Below, in pieces: positions 49,875 through 57,518 of a stretch of DNA of 59,369 bases. Below the pieces are notes generated by a model. The model ran no database searches. It worked only from the letters and a program-made list of their open reading frames with translations, and was not told where the DNA came from. Source of the DNA: Burkholderiaceae bacterium (GTDB taxonomy: Bacteria > Pseudomonadota > Gammaproteobacteria > Burkholderiales > WYBJ01); assembly GCA_011525945.1 (NCBI GenBank), contig WYBJ01000045.1:1-59369 (forward strand). Reading direction: 5' to 3'. Each line of letters opens with the position of its first letter. Position 1 is the first letter of the stretch. Made by a program: the position numbers and the translations under genes.

Positions 49875-50417
49875 TTACTGCGCGGATTGCGCCGTCCTTT
49901 GCAACAGTATCGGCACGATCTGGCGCACCGCGATCTGCGCCTTGGCGCGAAGTACCTCGTCGTCATTGTTGGCGACCGGATGATCGATCACCACGAACGG
50001 GTAATCCGGCAAGCCGTTCACCTGCGCCACGACCTGCGCGCTCCTCACGAAGCGATCGGTCATCACGGCAGCCGCCGGGATGCCGAGCCGCTCAGCGGCG
50101 ATGGCGTCGTGCAAACTGCACGACGAGCAACTGCCTCAATCGCCGATGCCGGAGATCAGCGCATCGGCGCCGCTCAACTGCGCCACGATCTCATTCGGCG
50201 CCGGGCGCGTGGCGTCGGACTTGCGCCTGCGAATGAACTCGCGCACGCCATGCTCTGTGCGCAGGATATCTTCGACATGGTCGTAGAAGCGCGCGGTGCC
50301 GATCTTGGCGTTGTCGAGCAGCCCCACGACGGCGTCGCGCAGCGACGCCAGCGCCGGCGCCATTTGCAAGGCTTCGCCCTCGGCCGATTGCCGGGGATCC
50401 AATACCCGTAGCGTCAT
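49875..50417 (-). CDS. UGSC-family selenoprotein (180 aa; Sec encoded by TGA at 50138-50136, codon 94)
   Basis: The frame from ATG 50417 (MTLRVLDP) reads ...SGIGD-TGA-GSCSSCSLHDAIAAERLGIP... and continues to TAA at 49875. SECIS-like hairpin follows. ATGA coupling to the upstream gene. Confidence 0.88.
50105..50138 (-). promoter_or_regulatory. bacterial SECIS-like element
   Basis: mRNA reads UGA-GGCAGUUGCU-CGUCGUGCA-GUU-UGCACGACG: perfect 9-bp stem, GU in the apical loop, loop 19 nt after the UGA. Confidence 0.8.
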
Positions 50418-51466
50418 CGTACGTCTCCTTTCGGTGCGGAAATGGGCGCGGTCACCGCAAGCGATTTCTTGCCGTACCACGGCGGCAGAATCACGCCGAA
50501 TGCGCCAGCGGGTCCGCCCGCCGCGACCACGAGCAGATCGTCCGGCGAGCGCAACGCGCGATAGGTGCGGTCTTCGTCCTTGAGCCCGGCGATCGTGCTC
50601 TTGCCCACCGTACGCCACTCGCGCCGCTGCACATGCGCGGTCTCGTAAATGTACTCCCGGATGCGGCGTTTGTCCCAGCCCGCAGCGCTGAATATCTGGC
50701 GATGCTGTTTGGGCACGACCATGGCATAGTTGCCCTCCCAGATCGAGTACGTCAGCATGTTGGCGCGAATCGCAGCCGCATAGGTGTCGAGCACTTCGGT
50801 CGGATCGTGCGTCCACTCGTTCATGATCTGATGCGGCGACTCGACCGACATCACCGTGACCGCCGACTGCCCGGGCGCAATGCCGCGCTCCTGCGCGAGC
50901 GGCGTCCACGGACTGTCCTCCTCGTCCTCGGCGACACAGAAGGTGAACTTGCCGGGATGACCGAGTGTGGAGCGATCGAGCTGGCCCGGAATGCCGCCGA
51001 GCACGTTCAGCAAGAAGAGCCGGATAGTGCGACCGATGGTCGCGTTGGCGCGGGCTGCGTTGGCGAGCGCGTTGTGGGTCGCGTTCATGCCGAGCGCGAT
51101 GCGGATCGGGCCGTTCACCACGACAAGAGGCGCGCTTCCGCCCGTGCTCGCGGTGCTACCATGCAAACCGAACTGCGGCTCGCACATCGCTTTTACGACC
51201 GCGACCACGACCGGCATGTACTCGGGCAGGCAACCGGCCATGAGCGCGGCGATGGCGAGCTTCTCGGCCGTAATGCGCCGCCGGCGCACGGGCTCGATGC
51301 CGACCACGTCCGCGGCCGCAAGTCCGGCAGCGTCGAGAAAGCGCAGTACGCCCGCCTCGGTCGGCGGCACGATCGGCAATCCGTCGGTCCAGCCGTTGCG
51401 CTGGTAGAGTTCGTTCGCCTCGAAGGCGTCGGTCACTTCGTACGATTCGCTCGTGAGCTTCATCAC
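50414..51466 (-). CDS. conserved hypothetical protein, partner of the UGSC selenoprotein
   Basis: GWTDGLPIVPPT, MAGC.PEY.PVV, RANATIGR, E.EE.SPW and VAAGG motifs. Stop overlaps the UGSC start. Confidence 0.85.
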   Translation of the reverse strand: MMKLTSESYEVTDAFEANELYQRNGWTDGLPIVPPTEAGVLRFLDAAGLAAADVVGIEPVRRRRITAEKLAIAALMAGCLPEYMPVVVAVVKAMCEPQFGLHGSTASTGGSAPLVVVNGPIRIALGMNATHNALANAARANATIGRTIRLFLLNVLGGIPGQLDRSTLGHPGKFTFCVAEDEEDSPWTPLAQERGIAPGQSAVTVMSVESPHQIMNEWTHDPTEVLDTYAAAIRANMLTYSIWEGNYAMVVPKQHRQIFSAAGWDKRRIREYIYETAHVQRREWRTVGKSTIAGLKDEDRTYRALRSPDDLLVVAAGGPAGAFGVILPPWYGKKSLAVTAPISAPKGDVR

Positions 51467-51604
51467 ATCCTTCTCGCTATGCTGTCGCCTCGGTCGAGCG
51501 CAAGCGACCGGTCCGGTCGATCGAGCTTACCGCCGCTCGCGGGTCACGCATAGTGTGCTGCCGCGCAAGCTGTCCGTCGACCGTGTGGCCGGCAATGATG
51601 CCGC

Positions 51605-52813
51605 CTACCAGCAGGCGCGCAGCGTTTCCGCCAGCTCATCGCGATGCTGCAAGAACTCCCGCCCGGGATCGGCGTTGAAGTTCTTCATCGAGTCGGCCAC
51701 GACCGCATCGAGCCCATCGCGCGGCACCCCCAGCTCGCGCAATCGGGCGGGCATGCCCAGATCGGAGAAATAGCGCGCGAGCGCGTCGGCCGCGCCCGCC
51801 GGCGCATCGGCTTCGGCGGCCCCGGCGGGAAAGGCATCGAGTGCGCGCGCGATCGGCACCATTTCGCGCGCGTTGCGGTAGCCGAGCTTGCGCAGGACAT
51901 GCGGGGTGAGGGCGGCGTTCGCTTCGCCCTGGCCGACATCGGGGTAGCGGTTGAAGAGCGCCGTGGCGAACGCATACACCACGCGCATCACCCAGTGGCG
52001 CTCGACGATATTGCCGCCGTCGTCCTGGTCGCGGTTGTGCAGGAAGGCGGCAGCGCACATCTCGATGCGCGGGGCCGCGTCATGCGGATCGACTACGCGC
52101 GCAAGCGCGCGCGCGGCGAGCCGGAATGCCTGCAGCCGGTCACCCTCGACGAGCGGATTCATGGCCGTCGCGCCGAGGTTCATGAGCGAACGCCAATATA
52201 CCGAGAGCGACGATGAACGGGCGAGCGATACCGGCGCCGTCAGCAAGGCCTCGGCGTCCCAGTAGAGGGCTTTCGGGCGCGTCTTCGGATCGAAGAATTC
52301 CAGTCGATGATCGGCATGCGCGTCCTTCACGCCCGATCCGGCCCGGTTCATCGCCGACGTCGCCGTGGTGCAGACGTTGATGATCGGCAGCTTCGGCTGC
52401 AGCAGCTTGATGCTTTGCGCCGGCTGGCCCTCGGGGTACTGCGTGCACAGCTCGTGCGCATCGCCCTTCTCGGCGAGCAGGATCGCGACCACACGCGCCG
52501 CCTGGATCACGCTGCCGCCGCCGACGGCGATCAGCACGTCGGCTTGCGCCGCACGCGCGGCATCGCGTGCGGCCAGTATCGGCCCCAGTGGCGAGTCCTT
52601 CCCCATCTCGTCGTAGACGCCGGCGCACAGCTCGCCCAAGCGGCTGCGCATGCGCTCGATCAGCGCGGTCTTGCGCGCGACCGTGCGCCCGCACAGGATG
52701 AAGGCGCACCTACCACGATTACGCGCCACCTCGGCTTTGATGTTGGCGGCCGCATCCTGACCGCTGTAGAGCCGCACCGGGTAGCTTACCGCGCGAAAGT
52801 CGTACACAGGCAT
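51605..52813 (-). CDS. iron-containing alcohol dehydrogenase / maleylacetate reductase fold protein lacking metal ligands
   Basis: AVGGGS and P..LRELGV fold motifs. Canonical D/H/H/H metal ligands are replaced. Confidence 0.82.
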   Translation of the reverse strand: MPVYDFRAVSYPVRLYSGQDAAANIKAEVARNRGRCAFILCGRTVARKTALIERMRSRLGELCAGVYDEMGKDSPLGPILAARDAARAAQADVLIAVGGGSVIQAARVVAILLAEKGDAHELCTQYPEGQPAQSIKLLQPKLPIINVCTTATSAMNRAGSGVKDAHADHRLEFFDPKTRPKALYWDAEALLTAPVSLARSSSLSVYWRSLMNLGATAMNPLVEGDRLQAFRLAARALARVVDPHDAAPRIEMCAAAFLHNRDQDDGGNIVERHWVMRVVYAFATALFNRYPDVGQGEANAALTPHVLRKLGYRNAREMVPIARALDAFPAGAAEADAPAGAADALARYFSDLGMPARLRELGVPRDGLDAVVADSMKNFNADPGREFLQHRDELAETLRACW

Positions 52814-52933
52814 CACGTCCCTTCGATCGTCGGGCCCGCACGAACTCGTGCCCCGCGCCACCTCCGGCATGTTCTCGCGGCTCGCTTGCATCCGGGTTGC
52901 ATCCGCCCGAATCGATTCTAGCACCGGTCCTCG

Positions 52934-52963
52934 TTGACGCACGCACCGGCGCGCGGAGACAAT
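52934..52963 (+). promoter_or_regulatory. putative sigma70 promoter TTGACG-N18-GACAAT
   Basis: -35 at 52934-52939 and -10 at 52958-52963, 6 nt before ATG 52970. Confidence 0.4.
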
Positions 52964-52969
52964 CGCTGC

Positions 52970-54385
52970 ATGTCAGGTACAACGCTCGCCTGCGCACCGA
53001 CGGCGATGAACGTAGCGCCGGCCGTCGCGCGCTTCGTTACGCAATCGCGGCTCGAGGGCATCGCCGAGCCGGTTGGCGACGAGGCCGTGCGCGCGCTGGT
53101 CGACTGGCTCGGCTGCTGCCTCGGCGGCTGCCTGCAGCCTGGCGTCGACGCGATAGGCGCTACGCGCGACGATGCGCCCGATGGCGGCGAAGCGACATTG
53201 CCCGGGCGAGGCGACCGTGGCGGTCTCGGCTTGACCGCGATGCGCTCGGCGGTCGCCTCGGACGCGCTCGACTATGCCGCAATCCACGCGCCGAGCGGCG
53301 CTGCGGTGAGCGTGCCCATCGTCGCCGCGCTGCTGCCGCTGGCGCAGGCGCGCGCGGCCGCCGGCGCGGACGTCATTCATGCGTTCGTTCTGGGCGCGGA
53401 GCTCACCTGCCGATTGGCGCAGGCGCTGAGCGACGCGGGTCGCTTCGACGATCGCCGCGCGTACGCGGCGTGCGGGCGCATTGGCGCGGTCGTTGCGTGC
53501 GGGAAGTTGCTCGGTCTCGATGCCGCCCGGCTCGAACATGCGATCACGGTGACAGCGAGCGCCGATACCGCTACGGGCCAGGCCGAGGGAGGCGATCGTG
53601 ACGAGCTCGCGTGCAGTGCGCGCCGCGCACTGACTGTCGCATTGCACGCCGAGCGCGCGCCGATTCATTGCTTCGAATCGCCAGCAGGCGAGCCGTGCTT
53701 GTCCGAGCGGCTCGAGGAACCGCAACACGCAGCGGCACTGCTGCAGGGCCTCGGCGAAGAGTGGCATCTGGCCCGCATCGCCTACAAACCCTATCCCTGC
53801 GACAACGCGCTGCACGCGGTCATCGAGGCCGGACTTCGCGTTCGCGCCCTGCACCGTCCGCTCGCGCGTCACGTTGCGCAGATCGAGCTGCACGTTCACC
53901 CCTCGGTGCTCGTGTGTGCGTACACGCAGATTCCCTCCACTGCCGCGCAGGCGCGGCGCTCGCTCGAGCATGCGCTCGCCGTAGCCCTGCTTGACGGGAC
54001 CGCCGGCATCGAACAGTTCACCGATCGGCGCGTGGCGAGCACGCGCGTGGCGCAGTTGCGGCTGCGCATCGAGCTACGCGCCGACGAGCGGCTGCCTGCG
54101 GCAGGCGCGCACGTCCTGCTGCGCACGCTCGATGGGCGCGTGCTGGAGCACGGCGTGCGCTGTGCACGCGGTAATCCGTCGCGCCCGCTCAGCGATTCCG
54201 AGCTGTCGGACAAGTTTCGCGAGCTGGCCGCGGAAGTCATTGCCACCGATCAGGCCGAGCGTCTGCTGGCCCTCACCTGGAACGTGCGCTCGCTCGCCGA
54301 CATCGGTGCGCTGGTGCGCGCGAGCGTTCCGGACGAAGCGCCCGATCCCGCCGAGCTCCCAGGTTCTCCACTGCTTGCGCGTTGA
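52970..54385 (+). CDS. MmgE/PrpD family protein, divergent
   Basis: D.LGC..GG, ALDY, G.E...RL, KPYPC, A..SL...LA and G.P..PLS..EL..KF motifs. Start may be 53006. Confidence 0.82.
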   Translation: MSGTTLACAPTAMNVAPAVARFVTQSRLEGIAEPVGDEAVRALVDWLGCCLGGCLQPGVDAIGATRDDAPDGGEATLPGRGDRGGLGLTAMRSAVASDALDYAAIHAPSGAAVSVPIVAALLPLAQARAAAGADVIHAFVLGAELTCRLAQALSDAGRFDDRRAYAACGRIGAVVACGKLLGLDAARLEHAITVTASADTATGQAEGGDRDELACSARRALTVALHAERAPIHCFESPAGEPCLSERLEEPQHAAALLQGLGEEWHLARIAYKPYPCDNALHAVIEAGLRVRALHRPLARHVAQIELHVHPSVLVCAYTQIPSTAAQARRSLEHALAVALLDGTAGIEQFTDRRVASTRVAQLRLRIELRADERLPAAGAHVLLRTLDGRVLEHGVRCARGNPSRPLSDSELSDKFRELAAEVIATDQAERLLALTWNVRSLADIGALVRASVPDEAPDPAELPGSPLLAR

Positions 54386-54397
54386 AGGAGTACTGCC

Positions 54398-55279
54398 ATG
54401 CCTTATGTTCGCGTCGATGGCGTGCGGCTTTACTACGAGGAGGCGGGCAGCGGCGCGCCGCTCGTATTCGTGCACGAGTTCGCGGGTGATCTTCGCAGCT
54501 GGGAGCCGCAATTGCGCTTTTTCGCCCGCCGCTATCGCTGCATTGCATTCAACGCGCGCGGCTACCCGCCTTCCGACGTGCCCGCGGCGGTGTCGAAGTT
54601 TTCCCAGGACATCCATGTCGACGATATCGCCGGAGTGCTCGACGCGCTCGAGATCCGCAAAGCCCACATCGTCGGCTGCTCGATGGGCGGCTATGCGGCA
54701 ATTCATTTCGCGCTGCGCTACGCCCGGCGCGCCTTCTCGGTGACCGCGATCGGCGCGGGCTTCGGCTCGGATCCGGACAAGCGCGAGCAATTTCTCGCCG
54801 ATACCGAAGCGCAGGCGCAGCGCTTCGATAAGCTCGGCATGCCAAAAGCGGTGCAGGACTACAAGGTGGGGCCGTCGCGCGTCCAATACCTCACGCGCGA
54901 CCCGCGCGGTTTCGCCGAGTTCGCAGCGCAGTTCGAAGCACACTCCGCGCGCGGCTCGGCCAATACGCTGCGCGGCGTGCAGGCGAAGCGGCCAACCGTC
55001 TACGAGCTGGAGCGGGGATTGCGCGCGTGCAAGGTTCCGATGCTGGTGGTGTCCGGCGATGAAGACGACAACTGCCTCGAGCCCGGCATATTCATCAAGC
55101 GCGTTTGCATGAGCGCCAATCTGCTGGTCGTGCCCGCGACCGGCCACGCGGTGAACCTGGAGGAGCCGGATTTCTTCAACCGCGCGCTACTCGATTTCCT
55201 CACCGCGGTCGACACCGGCGCGTGGCGGGCGCGCGATCCGCGCTCGCTCGGCAAATCGACCTTGTCGAACAAGGGCTGA
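54398..55279 (+). CDS. alpha/beta hydrolase
   Basis: FVHEFAG, NARGYPPS, GCSMGG, GDED and GHAVNLEEP motifs. AAGGAG RBS. Confidence 0.92.
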   Translation: MPYVRVDGVRLYYEEAGSGAPLVFVHEFAGDLRSWEPQLRFFARRYRCIAFNARGYPPSDVPAAVSKFSQDIHVDDIAGVLDALEIRKAHIVGCSMGGYAAIHFALRYARRAFSVTAIGAGFGSDPDKREQFLADTEAQAQRFDKLGMPKAVQDYKVGPSRVQYLTRDPRGFAEFAAQFEAHSARGSANTLRGVQAKRPTVYELERGLRACKVPMLVVSGDEDDNCLEPGIFIKRVCMSANLLVVPATGHAVNLEEPDFFNRALLDFLTAVDTGAWRARDPRSLGKSTLSNKG

Positions 55280-55340
55280 CGCGATTGTTCGTCCGCCAGG
55301 CGTGCAGCGGGGCGAATCTTTCGATCGCCCCTTGCGGGCA

Positions 55341-55940
55341 TCACTTGTCGAACCGGATCACGCTGCTCGGCTCGACTCTGATGTGCGCCAGGCAGGCGCC
55401 CTTGGCGTTGGCGAATTTGTCCAGGTCGCCCATCTCGCAACGATCGCCACCACCCACCTTCACCCGGGCGATGTCGTTGCAATCGATGCCGTTGAAGCGC
55501 ACCTCGCGCTTCTGGCTGTCGCCCGGTTTGATGAAGGAGAAGCCGGAAAACTTCGAATCGTAGACGACACCGTTGGCGCGCAGAATGGAGAACTCGGGCA
55601 CCAGGCTGCGGATCTCGTAGGGCAGGTTGTTGACCATGCGCAGCTCGAGCCGGCAGACGCGATTGCCGTCGATTTTCCCGTCCAGGTACAGGAGCACTTC
55701 GCCGGCGCTCTTCTTGTCGCCCGCGGCTACCGGCTTGTCGGCGCCATCCTTTTCGGCAGCCGGCTTCGGATCCTTGGCCGTATCCGGCTCGACGTAGCGC
55801 CACGTCTTGTCGTCCTTGAGCAGGATGCGCCGCCCATCCGGGCCGGTTGCCTCGAAATCGGCAAGTGCCCCCGACGTCACACCCGCGACGAGCAGAACGA
55901 CACTGCCCCTTGCCCATCGACTCGCCGTCATGCGCGCCAC
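55341..55940 (-). CDS. exported hypothetical protein (DUF3157-like N-terminal motif)
   Basis: Signal peptide ending ALA|D, ATGPDGRRILLKDDKTWRYV, Lys/Pro/Ala linker and a beta domain with 4 Cys. Confidence 0.7.
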   Translation of the reverse strand: MARMTASRWARGSVVLLVAGVTSGALADFEATGPDGRRILLKDDKTWRYVEPDTAKDPKPAAEKDGADKPVAAGDKKSAGEVLLYLDGKIDGNRVCRLELRMVNNLPYEIRSLVPEFSILRANGVVYDSKFSGFSFIKPGDSQKREVRFNGIDCNDIARVKVGGGDRCEMGDLDKFANAKGACLAHIRVEPSSVIRFDK

Positions 55941-56052
55941 CTTGCGATCGTGTTCACGCCGCGACCATGATAGACGTTTGCAGGCCGAGCGGCGAAGCTT
56001 GCCGTAGGCATTGCGGCACGCAGTGCGGGTTTCTTGATCTGAGCGCCCACGA

Positions 56053-57042
56053 CTAATCGACCCTGGCGCCGGTACGACGGATGATCGGCCCCCATTTGTC
56101 GGCTTCCGCGCGGATCAAGGCGGCGAACGCTTCGGCGCTGCCACCCACCGGATCGAGCCCCGCGGCCTTGAGCCGCGCTTTCACAACGGGATCACGCAGC
56201 GCGGCGTTCAGCGACCGGTTGAGCCGCTGCACGATTTCGGCAGCCGTGCCGGCAGGGGCCACCACGCCGTTCCACGCGGTCGCTTCGAACCCGGCGAGAC
56301 CCGATTCGGCGAGCGTGGGCAGATCCGGCAACAGCGACCAACGAAGCGCGCTCGTGACCGCGAGCATGCGCAACTTGCCCGCCTGCGCCAGCGGAGCGAT
56401 GGCGGTCGGTACCGCGAAAATCATGTGCGCATCGCCGCTCGCGAGTGCATTGAGCGCGGGCGGAGAGCCGTTGTAGGGTACGTGCGTGATGTCCAGCCCG
56501 CTCATCGTGCGCATGAGCGCCATGGTCAGGTGCGACGAACTGCCGCTGCCCACCGAGGCATAATTGAGCTCACCCGGGCGCGCACGTGCATACGCGAGCA
56601 ATTCGGCCACCGACCTCACCGGCAGCGGGGCGGCCACCGTCAACACATTCGGTTGTGCCGTCGTGAGCACGACCGGTTGCAGATCGCTGCGCGGATCGTA
56701 GCCGAGCCGGCTGTAGAGGAAAGGCGCGAACGCGAGCGGACCGTTGAAGCCAACCCCTAACGTGTGGCCGTCGGCCGGCGCGCGTGCGACGGCGGTCATC
56801 GCCAGGGTCCCGCCGGCGCCGGGCATGTTCTCCACCACGACCGGCTGCTCGAACGCGTCCTTCAAGGAACTCGCGAGGACACGCCCCAGCAGATCGATCG
56901 AGCTGCCGGCCGGCGCCGACATGACAAAGCGCACCGGCCTCGCCGGCCAGGACTGCGCGGCGGCGCTCGCAAGCGGTGTGATCGCCCAGACCGCGGCAAG
57001 CAGCGCGAGCCAGATCTTCACGAGGGAGGTGAAAGCCATCAT
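56053..57042 (-). CDS. Bug/TctC substrate-binding protein
   Basis: WPARPVR, APAGSSID, ENMPGAGG, DGHTL and HVPYNG motifs. Confidence 0.92.
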   Translation of the reverse strand: MMAFTSLVKIWLALLAAVWAITPLASAAAQSWPARPVRFVMSAPAGSSIDLLGRVLASSLKDAFEQPVVVENMPGAGGTLAMTAVARAPADGHTLGVGFNGPLAFAPFLYSRLGYDPRSDLQPVVLTTAQPNVLTVAAPLPVRSVAELLAYARARPGELNYASVGSGSSSHLTMALMRTMSGLDITHVPYNGSPPALNALASGDAHMIFAVPTAIAPLAQAGKLRMLAVTSALRWSLLPDLPTLAESGLAGFEATAWNGVVAPAGTAAEIVQRLNRSLNAALRDPVVKARLKAAGLDPVGGSAEAFAALIRAEADKWGPIIRRTGARVD

Positions 57043-57112
57043 GTCATCATGCGCCGCTCGAAGCCGACCTGAGCCCTCGCCCAGCGCAGCGCGGCGGACA
57101 CGGCGCTGCGCG

Positions 57113-57466
57113 TCAGTGCGATTCGACCTCGTCCGTTGCCAACGTATCGTTGTGCGCATACAGGCGGCAGGATTGCAATGCGCAGGCTTCGAGCGCGGCG
57201 GTGCGCGCCGCTGCCGACGCGTAGCGACCCGAGCGCCAGGCGAAGCGGCCGCTGGGCGAAATCGCGAACGCCTTGTGGTCCGCCGATTCCAGGTAGCGCT
57301 GCCATTGATACAGATGCTTCGGCGCCAACAGCGCTTCGAGCTCGATGGGCGCATCGTTCCCGAATTGCACCAGCAGCCGTGCGGGCTTGCGTTCGATCTC
57401 ACCGCGCGGGATGGCGGGGGCGGCCATGCTCGCTGCGCCCGCGGCCGCGAGCACGATGGCGAGCAC
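57113..57466 (-). CDS. small exported hypothetical protein (KAFAISP..C....C.LYA domain)
   Basis: Hydrophobic leader and Y...HKAFAISPSG..AW..G...A...AL..C...CRLYA pattern. Start codon uncertain. Confidence 0.55.
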   Translation of the reverse strand: MLAIVLAAAGAASMAAPAIPRGEIERKPARLLVQFGNDAPIELEALLAPKHLYQWQRYLESADHKAFAISPSGRFAWRSGRYASAAARTAALEACALQSCRLYAHNDTLATDEVESH

Positions 57467-57518
57467 GAGCCGCTTTGGCGCCGTGCGCGCGAACCCCGAT
57501 TCCCCCTCGGTGCCGTGC

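Noticed and set aside
49875-50417. Nonsense-mutated pseudogene, or two separate small genes
   Set aside because: The TGA sits exactly at a redox-motif position (UxxC) and is followed by a SECIS-like hairpin. The downstream half lacks a credible start.
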